In this document: positions 18,666 to 29,551 of the stretch, piece after piece | Layout: every line of letters starts with the position of its first letter | Numbering within the stretch: the first letter of the stretch is position 1 | DNA from: Ostreococcus lucimarinus | Taxonomy: Eukaryota | Reading direction: 5' to 3' (one strand) | Length of the DNA stretch: 64,000 nt | NCBI GenBank assembly: GCA_000092065.1 | Contig: CP000588.1 | Made by a program: the position numbers and the translations under genes | The notes under the pieces: generated by a model | Database searches by the model: none | Told to the model about the DNA's origin: nothing | The model's input: only the letters and a program-made list of their open reading frames with translations

Positions 18666-18885
18666 GCGTCGCGGACGCGCGCGTCGACGCGATCGCGCGC
18701 GCGCGTCGTCGTCGGGACGTCGACGCGCGAACGAATGAATCGACGCGAATCGAATCGATGCGACGAAACGACGACGAGTGCGGCGGCAGGGCGCGACGCG
18801 CGCGCGTCCGACGAGAGCCGACGCGCGCGAGTCGACGGCGCGCTCGACGAGGCCGCGCGCGGGCGAGACGACGCGCGCGCGCGCG

Positions 18886-20079
18886 ATGGCGTCGCTGCGC
18901 GCGAAGCTGCGCGCGCTCGAGTCGTTTGAAAATGACGCGACGACGTCCGAGGCGACGACGACGGCGACGACGACGGCCAAGGCGCGACGCGAACGGAGTG
19001 GATCGCCGCGGACGCCCGCGAGCGGGACGTGGAACGCGTCGACGCGGGTGACGGGGAGTCGAGCGCCGAACGACAGCGCGAGAGCGACGGCGGGACGGCG
19101 GTGGCGAGACGCGGCGCGGCGGACGCGGGACGCGACGGCGGAGAGAGATGAGGGAGACGGAGGGCGCGAGGGAGGAATGCGGTCGGTGGTGTCGCGCGCG
19201 CGCGCGATGCGGGGATTCGCGGACGTGGTGGAGGCGGCGGCGGCGGGTCGAGAGGCGAGGCGAGGCGTAACCGTTTCGCCGGAGGACGCGGCCAAAGCGG
19301 AAGCGACGACGACGACGGCGACGACGACGACGGCGGCGAAACGAACGCCGCGGGAGATCATACTGCAGCGAAGTCTCGCCATGCGGCGCGGACGTCTCGA
19401 TGGGGACGTCGAATCGACGAAAGCGCGGGCGGCGACGGAGGAGGTCTTCAAGCTCAAGAAACGCGAGACGAATGACGTGGAGGAGGAAGTATTGAAAATA
19501 TTGCGCGATGTGGTGGAAGAGACCAGAGATGAACGCGCTCGTAGTAGTAGAAGTAGTGGGAACGAAGGGACGGCGATGATGACGGCGACAGCGGCGGCGG
19601 GCGGAGCGACGATTGCGCCGGCGCCGACGCCGACGCCGAACGAGAGTGAGAGAGCAAAGAACAAGTCGAGCATCGGGATCGCGGTAGTCATCATCTCTGC
19701 GCTGATCGGCGTTTTGTGCGGATGCACACTGACACTCGCGCCCACCTCGGGCGTCGCCGACGCGGTCGTATCACCTCCAGCGGTAACGCCCAGCGCGACG
19801 TTTGATCTCGCCGGAGCGGATCTCGACGCGTCCTTGATGGCTCAGTTAGACCGTGCTAGATTGGTTCACGACGCCTTGACTGACGAATCTCACCGTAAGC
19901 GGATTCGAGTCGCTGCGAAGCGCGCATCTCTGGCGCGTCGTGCCGCCGCTGAGCGCATTGCCGCGAGCGTCGGCGGCGAAGCCGATCCAGCTGGCGAGCA
20001 AATCCAACTCGCCGAATCGACGTGTCGAGCCGTGCGCGCCTTCTCCGAGCTTCACCGCGCGATAGACGACGTGGGTTAA
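18886..20079 (+). CDS. Hypothetical coiled-coil protein with one predicted transmembrane segment.
   Basis: The ATG-initiated ORF begins MASLRAKLRALESFEND. It has a hydrophobic stretch IGIAVVIISALIGVLCGCTLTLA and non-repetitive composition downstream. It is divergent from the MutL gene. It is a weak call because long ORFs arise easily at this GC content. Confidence 0.3.
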   Translation: MASLRAKLRALESFENDATTSEATTTATTTAKARRERSGSPRTPASGTWNASTRVTGSRAPNDSARATAGRRWRDAARRTRDATAERDEGDGGREGGMRSVVSRARAMRGFADVVEAAAAGREARRGVTVSPEDAAKAEATTTTATTTTAAKRTPREIILQRSLAMRRGRLDGDVESTKARAATEEVFKLKKRETNDVEEEVLKILRDVVEETRDERARSSRSSGNEGTAMMTATAAAGGATIAPAPTPTPNESERAKNKSSIGIAVVIISALIGVLCGCTLTLAPTSGVADAVVSPPAVTPSATFDLAGADLDASLMAQLDRARLVHDALTDESHRKRIRVAAKRASLARRAAAERIAASVGGEADPAGEQIQLAESTCRAVRAFSELHRAIDDVG

Positions 20080-20200
20080 CTTATGACGTTCACTCTGAAC
20101 GTCGCATGACGGCGTACCCTAGCCCACACCGAGTTGTGATAAAAATTTCATGGTCGCTCTCGACGTCGTTGTCGCGCGCGCGACGTGGGAACTTCAAACC

Positions 20201-21241
20201 ATGCCTCGCGCCACGAAACGTAAGCGCACCGCGCCACGCGCGAAACCCACGAAACCCGCGAAAGAGGACAACATCGACGCGTCCGCGCGCAAGCGTCGTC
20301 GCACGACGAAGAAGCCACCGCGCGCAGACGAAAACCGGGGTTCTTACTTGCCGAACGATGTATGGAGCATCATCTTGGACAAACTCGTGCACCAGGCGTT
20401 TGGCCCGATCAAGCGCACGGTTTTCGAGGGTCCCGCGGACGTCCCCGTGGCGCGTGAAGTCGATCGAAGCGCGACTGTGTTTAAAGCTCGAGCCAAGGCG
20501 CTGCTCGCGCTTCGATGCGTGAATAAACAGTTGCGCGCGCTTCTCGGAAGCGACTTTGGCGAGACGCTGTACGCGACGTGCAACGAGAGAGCGCGACATT
20601 ACACGGATGTGCTCGATAGCCGCGATCTTCGCCCTGCGAGTATGCTTGAGCGACATATGTGTTATTTCGCGCACACGACTGGATGCCAGAAGTGCGACAA
20701 GCACCGGACCATGCGAAAGCCAAATTTTACATTTGGCGTTCGCATGTGCAAGGAATGCTTACGGAAACGCACGGTCATCGATCGCGAGTTAGAAAATGAG
20801 TATTCGCTCTGGGCTTACTTGAACGAAATCTTCGCACGATTACCGCACGATGTCGTCAAGGGATGGTCTGCGTACTACAAGGAAGAGTACTACATGAAAA
20901 GGCTCTGGCGCGCGAGCGTGGCGAATCTCGTCGACGAGCTCCGTCGTCCAAAGGCCGCGCCCGCCGCGCATGAAACCGCCCGCGCGAAGGCCAAGTCCGC
21001 CAAGACGCGCGCGCGCGCGCTCACGGACGACCAAAAGCGCGCCGAGCGTAAGGCGACGATCGACGCAATCTTGGCTCCGCTCGCGAAGCCCGGCGTCGAT
21101 TTCGCGCGCAGCGCGCTCTACCGCGCGCAAATCGCCGTCCCGCGGCTCCTCGCCTCCGTCGACGCCTTCGCCTGGCGCCACGCCCCGCACATTCTCGACG
21201 AGCTCGCGAGCGACGCCTCGCCGTCCGACGCCGACGCGTGA
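20201..21241 (+). CDS. Hypothetical protein with an F-box-like N-terminal motif and a Cys-rich region.
   Basis: It begins MPRATKRKR (a basic, NLS-like start). LPNDVWSIILDKL is F-box-like. CYFAHTTGCQKCDKH...CKEC is a zinc-binding-like segment. Confidence 0.4.
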   Translation: MPRATKRKRTAPRAKPTKPAKEDNIDASARKRRRTTKKPPRADENRGSYLPNDVWSIILDKLVHQAFGPIKRTVFEGPADVPVAREVDRSATVFKARAKALLALRCVNKQLRALLGSDFGETLYATCNERARHYTDVLDSRDLRPASMLERHMCYFAHTTGCQKCDKHRTMRKPNFTFGVRMCKECLRKRTVIDRELENEYSLWAYLNEIFARLPHDVVKGWSAYYKEEYYMKRLWRASVANLVDELRRPKAAPAAHETARAKAKSAKTRARALTDDQKRAERKATIDAILAPLAKPGVDFARSALYRAQIAVPRLLASVDAFAWRHAPHILDELASDASPSDADA

Positions 21242-21280
21242 GTCTCACGCGCGACGTCTCTTCCGACCGACGACTCTTCT

Positions 21281-21304
21281 GACGACCGACCGACCGACCG
21301 ACCG
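21281..21304. repeat. (CGAC)n tetranucleotide microsatellite in the 3' flank of the F-box-like gene.
   Basis: cgaccgaccgaccgaccgaccgag is read directly from the sequence. Confidence 0.7.
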
Positions 21305-21738
21305 AGATCGCCGCCACGTCAGCGTGCCCACGCCGGGATCTTTATCTCGCCGCGCGCGGCACTTTTTCCCATATATCCGCGCGACGAATCTGTTTTACGA
21401 CGAAAAGTGAACACAAAAATCGCGACCCCGGACGCTTTTTCAGACACCCGGATTAAACCGGAAAAACCCGCGCCGGAGACCCCGCACTGCATCTCGCGCG
21501 TGCGTCGCGTGCGAACATCCCGACTCGCGCGGTGCGGTGCTGCCGGACGAAACATATTGTCCACGCGCGCGCGCGCGCTTTTGAAGCGCTGACGATCGCG
21601 CGTCGACGCGAATTCGCTGAGAATTCGAACGCACATCCGCGCGGGACGAACGTGCACTTTTCGCGCGAGTTTTTCGTCGCGCGGCGGGTGTGGCGACCGC
21701 GCGCGGACGGTGCGCGCGGGTGAATCGGACGCGGGAAT

Positions 21739-22955
21739 ATGACTTCGCCGATTCTCGTGCCGGGCGCGCACGGAGGAGAGTCCGCGAACGCGATGGACGG
21801 CGCGACGTCGCCGCCGCAACTCGGCGCGCCGCGAGAGGTTTGCCGCGATTTTTTAAAGGTGGGTCGTCTTGAGTCGTGACTCGTCGTTTTCGCGAAAAGA
21901 CCCTTTCGAGCTCGAGCGAGAAAACGGTCGATCTGGCGATCGATCGACGCGAATCGAGCGATGTGGTCGTGAAGATACTGACGATGGTGTGCGCGCTTCG
22001 CTTCGCGACGCAGGGAGCGTGTTTCCGGGAGAATTGTCGATACGCGCACGACGCGGCGGAGGGCGCGGCGGTGCCGACGCAGACGACGCAACCGGTTTGC
22101 AGAGACTATCAAAACGGTCGATGCTTCCGAGCTTCGTGCAGGTTTTATCACGGTTCCAACGCTGAGCAAGTAGCGGTGCAGCTTGGCGCGGGTAATCGAA
22201 TGTTCCCTGGATCCATCAACGGCGCGCAAGGGATGTACGGCGCCGCCACTGGCGACTTGTTGCACAACAAGAATCCGCAGTTGCACATGATGAACAGGAC
22301 GATGAATCTTCCCATGAACATGGTGGGCAACCCCGATCCCGCGGCTTTGCTTGGCGCCGACGCGAGTACTGCGGCTTTACTCGGAGGCAATTTGAGCTTG
22401 GAACAAGCGCTGTTTTTGCAAACGGCGATGGCAAACGGGACGGCGTACGATAATAACGCCGCGCTCACCGCCGTGGCCATGGCAAACGAGATTCTCCGAA
22501 GAAACGCCGCTGGACAGCAAGCACCGAACGGTAATTACGATATGAGCTCGATGTACGCGCAGCAAATGGCGACGGTGGTTGCGCAGCAGCAAGCGGCACT
22601 CGCACAGCAAATGGCTGCGGCGAATGGTCAATTGACAAACGGCGGCTTCGCCCCTCTCAACAACGGAGAGAAATTGTCGAAAGATGCCGGTGTTGGCGGT
22701 GCGTACCAACAAGCAGTTGCAGCAGCGAGCGCAGCGATGAACAATCCATCTGCCCCCGGTGAGCAATTTTCTTGGACTGGGATCGAATACGCCACAAACG
22801 GAGTCCACCAACAAAATCAATTTAAGCCAGTCGACTCCATCGCCGCGCTTCCGGATTCATTAGTCGACAATGATCTCTTTGGATTTGTCAACTCGGAAAT
22901 GTCAAACGCAGCCGCCGCGTTTGTTCCTGGATCTGCTTTGGGGAACCTCCAATGA
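21739..22955 (+). CDS. Tandem CCCH zinc-finger protein with two exons: 21739..21858 and 22014..22955.
   Basis: Exon 1 is MTSPILVPGAHGG...REVCRDFLK, followed by a GTGGGT donor. The intron has an ACTGAC branch point and an ACGCAG acceptor. Exon 2 is GACFRENCRYAH, completing a C-x7-C-x5-C-x3-H finger across the intron. A second finger (CRDYQNGRCFRASCRFYH) follows, then a Q/A/N-rich low-complexity tail. Confidence 0.7.
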
Positions 22956-23402
22956 CACAGCTCGCAGCTGCCGCGCGCTGTTGGATTTATTTTTCTCCGT
23001 GGTCGAGGCACTAACGTTTTGTTTGTGCGTGCACTTTTTGAGAGCCTCGATGACCTTGATACGATGAATTTTTGTGTATATTTAAGAGAAACCGGACTGG
23101 TACTGATACACGGCACTGGATTACATCCATTGTCCGAGTCAGTACGTCGTCCCATGGTTCGCTCGAACCGCCCGCTTCGCTGGCCCGTCGCTCAGCTCAT
23201 TTCCCTTAAAGATTAGTTTCATAGCCCCACTATCACGCGTAGCTCGTTAGTGGTGTCAATACAATTTTGTACAGTTTTGCTCCAAAACGCGGCGCGCGAT
23301 CGATGCATAAAGGCGACGTGTTGAATAAATGTGTTTGGTTATTTCCGAATTGTGGCTAATCTATCGCGCAGAAAGTTGATTCAAGCAAACAAACCTTCCT
23401 CT

Positions 23403-24212
23403 TTAAGCAGACAAGGCGGCGACTTCATCGCGCGCTTGCGGCACATCCACTTGCACGGACGGGCCCATGCTAGACGCAATGTACATGGAGCGCCAGTAGA
23501 CACCCTTAGCACCGACCGGACGGTTCGCGTCAATCGCGCCGACGACGGAGAGAAGGTTCTCCTTCAAGTCGGCGGCGCTGAAGCTGAGCTTACCAAACGG
23601 AACGTGCACGATACCTTGCTTATCCGCGCGGAACTCAACCTTACCCCCCTTGAACTCATTGACAGTCGTCGTGACGTCAGTAGTCACCGTACCCGCCTTT
23701 GGGTTCGGCATGAGACCCTTCGGGCCGAGCTGACGACCGAGCTTGGCCACCTTCGGCATCATATCCGGAGTGGCGACGAGCAAGTCAAAATCCATCATAC
23801 CGCCCGCAATCTCGTCAACCAAGTCATCATCACCCGCAAAGTCGGCACCCGCCGCTTTCGCCGCGGCGATGTTGTCGCCCGCGCACAAAACAGCGACGCG
23901 AACGTTCTTGCCCGTGCCCTTCGGCAACGCCACAGTCGCGCGCAACTGCTGGTCGTTGTACTTCGGGTCGATGTTCAATCGAATGTGCAGCTCGGCCGAT
24001 TCGTCAAACTTGGCCGTGGCCGAGCTCTTCATGAGTTCAATCGCCGCGCTCGCGCCCTGCGTCTCCAGGCGCGGCGGCACGGACTTTTGCGCGGCGCGGA
24101 ATCGCTTAGACTGCTTGGCCTCCTTGGAGCTCAAGCCATCCTTGCGAACCGCGCGCGTCGGCGCCGCCGCCTCTTGTTCGAGCTCAGAAAAGTCCAAACC
24201 CGCGGCGCGCAC
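23403..24212 (-). CDS. Bacterial-type (organellar) 50S ribosomal protein L1. Only the main exon is listed here, and a short upstream exon is likely.
   Basis: The family is supported by [40 protein letters not shown] and [21 protein letters not shown]. The ORF begins immediately after an in-frame stop and has no ATG. Upstream on the minus strand there is an AGACTGAC branch point, a T-rich tract and a TAG acceptor. Together these imply a 5' exon near 24450-24483 (MATARGRGGG... candidate). Confidence 0.7.
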   Translation of the reverse strand: MRAAGLDFSELEQEAAAPTRAVRKDGLSSKEAKQSKRFRAAQKSVPPRLETQGASAAIELMKSSATAKFDESAELHIRLNIDPKYNDQQLRATVALPKGTGKNVRVAVLCAGDNIAAAKAAGADFAGDDDLVDEIAGGMMDFDLLVATPDMMPKVAKLGRQLGPKGLMPNPKAGTVTTDVTTTVNEFKGGKVEFRADKQGIVHVPFGKLSFSAADLKENLLSVVGAIDANRPVGAKGVYWRSMYIASSMGPSVQVDVPQARDEVAALSA

Positions 24213-24866
24213 GACTATTCGTTCGAAAAAAGCAAAACATGCCGTTTAAGGTCAGTCTCTCATCGTCATCACTCGACGCGCGCCCCTCGATCCCCCCCCC
24301 CTCCGCGCTCGCCCCGTCGCGCGCGTCTGGGTTTTCACCCAGTCCAGGTTTAGGGTCTCCACCGACCCATCGTCGCCCGTCCCACCCCTCGCGCGCGCTC
24401 GCGCGCCCTCCCCGCCCCCTCGCGCGCGCGCCGTTCGCGCCGTAAAATTCACCACCACCACCCCTCCCTCGCGCCGTCGCCATCGCGTCGACGCATCGCG
24501 CGTCGCGCCCCTCGTCGTCGCCCCGTCGTCGCGTCGCGTCGCGGTCGCACCTCGCGTCCTCGTCGTCGTCCTCTTCGTCGCCGTCCCTCGCGCGGTCGTC
24601 GCGAGGGCGGAGTACTGCGTCGTGAGCGCGAACATCGTGCGTCGCGATCGGCGATCGGCGCGGTCGGCGCGTCGTCGAGTGCGGCGTCGGCGCCGTCGCG
24701 CGCGCGCGGAATCGATAACGTGGCGGCCCGTCGAGGGGGACTCGCGCTCGAGTCGGGACCCGTCGTCGAGCCCCAGCCACGTGCGCACAATCCAGGATGG
24801 GGTTTTGTTATTTCGCGACGCCCGCGACGCCGCGCGGCGACCGCGCGCGCGACCGCGACGCGCGCG

Positions 24867-25989
24867 ATGCGCGCCGCGTCGAGGACCGCGCTCGACGCGC
24901 GCGCGCTCGCGACGCGCGCGGCGACGGGACGAGGACGACGACGCGACGCGACGGCGACGGCGAGCGTCGAAAAGATTCCGAGAGGAGGTGCGACGCGCGA
25001 AGACGCGCGCGCGACGCGATGCGAACGCGAGACGCGATGCGAGCGCGGGAAAAAAGGGGACTGACGATGCGACGCGCGCGCGCGAATCGCGCGCAGCGGG
25101 AGCGACGGGAGAGCGGACGCTCGCGGTGTGCCTGGGGAAGTTTGACGCGATGCACCGGGGACACCTCGCGCTCGCCGAGCGGGCGGCGACGAGGGGCGAC
25201 GTCGTCGTGGTGTCGTTTTCGGGGATGGCGGAGACGTTGGGGTGGGAAACGCGGTTGCCGATCACGGCGCCGAGCGATCGATCGCGCGTGTTGGCGATGT
25301 GGAGCGGGACGACGGGCGCGGCGGTGAGCGAGCACGCGTTGGCGTTCGGCGACGTGCGAGAGCTGTCGCCGGAGGCGTTCGTGGAGATGTTGGCGCGAAT
25401 GGGCGTCGGTGCGGTGGTGACTGGGAAAAATTATAGGTTTGGTTACAAAGCGGCGGGAGACGTCGAGGCTTTGAAGAGGTTTGGCGAGGCGAACGGGCTG
25501 ACGGTGGACGTCGTGGATTTGGTGCCGGCGCGGCGACCCTCGTCGGCGGGCCTAGGTGACCAAGTGAGCAGTTCGCGCATCAGAAGCGCGCTGAGCGCCG
25601 GTGATATCGACGAAGTGAACGAAATGTTAGGCCGTGAGCACAGAGTGGTGTGCGATATGACGGGAGAGCGCGCGGCGAACGCGCTTCGAGCCGCCGTCGA
25701 TCGCAACTTGGACGAGATTAACCTCTCGCTCGAATCCGCGGAAAATCAGCCCCCGAGCGACGGCGCGTACTCCGCGCGCGTGTACGTCGATCCAGTTTCT
25801 ACTGACACCGCCGTGTCCCCGCGAACGGTCTCCGTGAAGGTATCTTACGGCCGACTCTCCATCGACCGCGCCGACGTTCCCGAAATCGTGAGCGCCCGCG
25901 AGCGCGTCGCCATCGATTTCATTGCCCGCGAGAGTAAAGTCCACGCTTTCAGCGTCTCCGGTCGCTGGAACCCTAACGATCGAACCTAG
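24867..25989 (+). CDS. FAD synthetase (FMN adenylyltransferase, plant RibF-like) with two exons: 24867..24987 and 25097..25989.
   Basis: Exon 1 is MRAASRTALDARALATRAATGRGRRRDATATASVEKIPRG, a transit-peptide-like segment, followed by a GTGCGA donor. The intron has a GGGACTGAC branch point and a GCGCAG acceptor. Exon 2 is AGATGERTLAVCLGKFDAMHRGHLALAE..., the nucleotidyltransferase HxGH-type motif, followed by a RibF-like C-terminal region. The ORF track frame 24622..25989 has no ATG upstream of the domain. Confidence 0.6.
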
Positions 25990-26127
25990 CGGCCCAGCGT
26001 GCGGTTCTTTGAGATTTTAATCCTCGCGCTCGCTCACAATTTGTTCATTCATTCTTTTTTATTCAACATCGTAACGAAACGCCCTTTCGTGTCCCGTCCC
26101 GCACTTTGACACCCGCGGCGCGCCGCC

Positions 26128-28899
26128 ATGACCGCCACCGAAGGTGACGCGGAAGACAATAAAGTCTTCGTCGCCGTGCGCGTGCGTCCGCTGAACGCGA
26201 GCGAGCGCAACGCGAGCGCCAGCGCATGGAACGTCGTGTCGACGAACGCGATTGCGCCGCAGGTGCGTCGAAAGAAAAGAAACGAATCTAACGTCGTGAA
26301 CCGCTGCTTCCGCCGACGTTGCGCCGATGACGCTCGCGCACTCGTATGATGGGTCTCGAGCGTGAGCTACGGCGACGCGCGAGCGCGAAGGCGCGCGATG
26401 AAGACGCGCGATGATGAACGCGCGCTCGGGGGAACCAATCAGAATCTGACAAAGGCGCGCGCGGATGATTTTTACGCACGGCAGGATGGCGCGTCGACGA
26501 CGTACGCGTTCGATCGCGTGTTTGATGAAACGAGCGATAATAGAGCGGTGTACGAGGCGACGACGTCGAAGATAGTGCAGAACGTAATCGGGGGATTTAA
26601 CGGAACGGTGTTCGCGTACGGGCAGACGTCCAGCGGGAAGACGCACACGATGCACGGGACGAAGGAGGAGTTAGGGGTGATACCGCTCGCAGTGCGCGAT
26701 GTGTTTGATGCGGTACGAAGACACGGGAGCGATCGAGAGTTTTTGATTCGAGTGAGTTATTTGGAGATTTACAACGAGAAGATGATGGACTTGTTCGACG
26801 GCGCCGGAGAAGATGAAGAGACGTCAAAGTTGTCAATTCGTGAGGATAAAGAGCGAGGGACGTACGTGATGGGTCTGCGAGAAGAGGTCGTGACGACACC
26901 ATCGCAAGTGCTAGCGCTTCTAGAGCTCGGGACGACGCGCAGGCACGTCGGGGCGACGAATATGAACGCGCACTCGTCTCGTTCGCACACGATTTTCCGA
27001 ATGATCGTCGAGTCAAGGGCGATCAGTGGGGGGATGCAGGGCGGTGCCGACGACGGCGCTGCGGTTTTAGTGTCCACTTTAAACTTGGTCGATCTCGCCG
27101 GGTCCGAGCGCATGTCAAAAACGGGTGCCGAAGGGCAGCGTGCCAAGGAGGGCGCGCACATCAACAAGAGTTTGATGACGCTCGGAGTCGTCATCAACAA
27201 ACTTTCCGAAGGCGTCGAGTCCAAGGGAGGTCATATTCCCTATCGTGATTCAAAGTTGACTCGTATTTTACAGCCTGCGCTTGGTGGGAACTCCAAGACC
27301 GCCATCGTGTGCGCGATGACCCCGGCGGCGTCGCACTGCGAAGAGACGCACTCGACGCTGAAATTCGCCCAGCGCGCCAAACGCGTCGTCAACAAGGCGA
27401 CTAAGAACGAGGTCGCCGCGAATGGTGCCACGAATGCGATGCTGAAACGTCAACAGAAGGAAATAGCCGCGCTTAAAGCGCGTTTGGAAGAGGAAGGGTG
27501 CGCCAAAGTGGACGACAAAGCCATCGAGGCTTTGCGAAGGCGTCTAGCCGAAGCCGACCGTGAGAAGAATCTCATGGCGCTCGCCCTGGAGGACGGGGAA
27601 GAGAAGGCCAAGGAGCGCGAGGCGAAGATTTCCGAGCTCGAGGCAAAAGTAAAGGAGCTCAACGACGCGTTGAACGAAGCAAAGGCGCGAGACGAAGAAG
27701 AAGACCCACACACGGTTGAGGTGCGTTTGAATTCAAAACGCCTTTCGCCGGAACAGCAGTCACTCTCCGCGATGACGCCTGACACCCTTCAAGCCGTGCG
27801 GGCGTTCGAAGCGAAGATTGCGGCACTTGAAAAGGATCGCGATGAGCTAAAGTCCAAGGCGAGCGATCTCGAGCGCTCAGAGAAGCGTCGAGAGGAGCTC
27901 GAGCGTCAACGCCTGGATGCAGTGCGGGACATCGCCTCACTCAAGGAGGAAATCGCCGAAATAACCGCCGCGATGGTGGATAGCGATGGCACGAACGGCG
28001 CCGGGGATGTTCAAATACTTCTTGCACAAGCTAAACGCGCTCGTGCGCGCGCGGAAGACGAGCTTTCGAGTATCAAGGCGGAGTTTTTCGAGGAAAAGTC
28101 CCGGCGCGCCGTCGCCGAGGCGGAGGCCAAGCGTCTCGACGACAAACTTACGTCTTTACTCGAATCACAAAAGGACGGTGGGAATGCAGCGCACAGCAGT
28201 GATGTTGATTCCAAATCGTTGGCTCATTTGGCCCTGCGCAAGCAAGTCGTCAAGCAAAACGAAACCATCTCTTTGCTTGAGGCGCGCGTCAAGGAATCCG
28301 ACCAAATGCTTGACGAAGCCATCAAGGTGTACGAGGAGGAGGTGGCGAAGAACAAGCGGCTGATCGAGGCAGGTGTTGCGACGCAAGGTGATGAAATTCT
28401 AGCCGATCTTAACGCTGATGTCGATACGGACGCCGCCCTCGAAGCTTTAGAGGCGGAGCGACGCGCGAACGATGACTTGACCAAGCGGTGCGCAACGCTG
28501 GAGAAGAAATATTCCGTCGCCAAGGCTGCATTTGCCAAGCTCTCGAGTGAAAAGACAAAGGAAAATGACAACGCCAGCGATAAACTCAAGCGCGAAAACA
28601 AGGAGCTAAAGCGTCAAATGCACAAGCTCACTGAAGTCTACGCCCGACTGCGCGAGAAGTTTGCCGCGGGTGGTGACGCATTCGACAAAGTCAAGGACGC
28701 GACCGAGCTGAAGTACGATCTCCAGGCGCTCGAAAGAAAGCGGCAGATCGAGAAACAAGCACTCTTAGCGAAGATCAAGGAGTTCGAGGACATCGCCGCG
28801 TCGAACGGCCACGTATCTGAGCAAGGATCAGCGAAAAGGGTGAAGCGCGACTCGGGCGTCCCGCTCGCCGACGGCGCGAATCGACACCGAGTCGAGTGA
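26128..28899 (+). CDS. Kinesin-like motor protein, kinesin-7/CENP-E-like, with an N-terminal motor and a long coiled-coil tail. Two exons: 26128..26262 and 26485..28899.
   Basis: Exon 1 is MTATEGDAEDNKVFVAVRVRPLN...NAIAPQ, followed by a GTGCGT donor. The intron has a TCTGAC branch point and a GGCAG acceptor. Exon 2 is DGASTTYAFDRVFDE...GQTSSGKTHTM (P-loop)...NMNAHSSRSHTIFRM (switch I)...LVDLAGSE (switch II)...HIPYRDSKLTRILQ. About 500 aa of heptad-rich coiled coil follow. Confidence 0.8.
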
Positions 28900-29071
28900 A
28901 GCGCGATAGAAATTGATGATTAATTTGTAATGACTACGAGCGATGATTATTTGATTGGTATCTTGCTGAAACTTCGAGTTCGCGCGCGGCTAGATGGACT
29001 GATGACAAAAATCGAGGTCGAACTACTCACCGCCGGTTTAGTCGTCCGGTGTACATCTTTCGCAAAGAGGT

Positions 29072-29088
29072 GGTGTTAAATGAACACC
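29072..29088 (-). promoter_or_regulatory. Predicted 3' UTR hairpin of the H2A mRNA (GGUGUU-CAUUU-AACACC), a candidate histone 3'-end stem-loop.
   Basis: It is a perfect 6-bp inverted repeat with a 5-nt loop, about 100 nt downstream of the H2A stop on the minus strand. It is nearly identical to the hairpin downstream of H2B. Confidence 0.45.
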
Positions 29089-29185
29089 ATGTTTTTTTGT
29101 GAAACACGGCGAGAGCCCGATAATCGTGCCGGGCTTTTTTCGCTATGATCTATTTTTGAAAGCCTAAAGTAACGATTTAAACCGT

Positions 29186-29551
29186 TTACTTCTTGGACTT
29201 CTTCGGCAACAAGACCGAGTGGATGTTCGGGAGAACACCACCGGCCGCGATCGTGACGGTGCCGAGGAGCTTGGAAAGCTCTTCGTCGTTGCGGATCGCG
29301 AGTTGGATGTGGCGCGGCACGATGCGCGACTTCTTGTTGTCGCGGGACGCGTTGCCGGCGAGTTCAAGCACTTCCGCGGCCAAGTATTCGAGCACGGCGG
29401 CCAAGTAGACCGGCGCACCGGCACCGACGCGCGTGGCGTACTTGCCAGCCTTCAAGTAGCGGGCAACACGGCCAACCGGGAATTGCAAGCCCGCCTTGGC
29501 GGATCGGCTCGTCGCCTTCTTGCCAGTCTTTCCTTTACCTCGTCCGGACAT
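29186..29551 (-). CDS. H2A: Histone H2A.
   Basis: The translation [68 protein letters not shown]...[13 protein letters not shown]...LLPKK covers the full length of the H2A family. It is intronless. Confidence 0.95.
   Translation of the reverse strand: MSGRGKGKTGKKATSRSAKAGLQFPVGRVARYLKAGKYATRVGAGAPVYLAAVLEYLAAEVLELAGNASRDNKKSRIVPRHIQLAIRNDEELSKLLGTVTIAAGGVLPNIHSVLLPKKSKK

Noticed and set aside
17179-18929. Plus-strand ORFs of 519 and 285 aa antisense to the MutL homolog
   Set aside because: They are the reverse strand of a gene with clear MutL motifs. They are serine/arginine-rich with no recognisable domain.
23150-23330. Possible tRNA or other small RNA in the AT-rich spacer, including the inverted repeat ggttcgctcgaacc
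   Set aside because: No cloverleaf can be built and there are no A/B box or GTTCGA T-loop features. It is most likely overlapping 3' UTRs of the convergent CCCH and L1 genes.
23331-24353. 340-aa plus-strand ORF and several others antisense to ribosomal protein L1
   Set aside because: They are the reverse strand of a strongly supported L1 gene. The compositions are R/L/H-rich.
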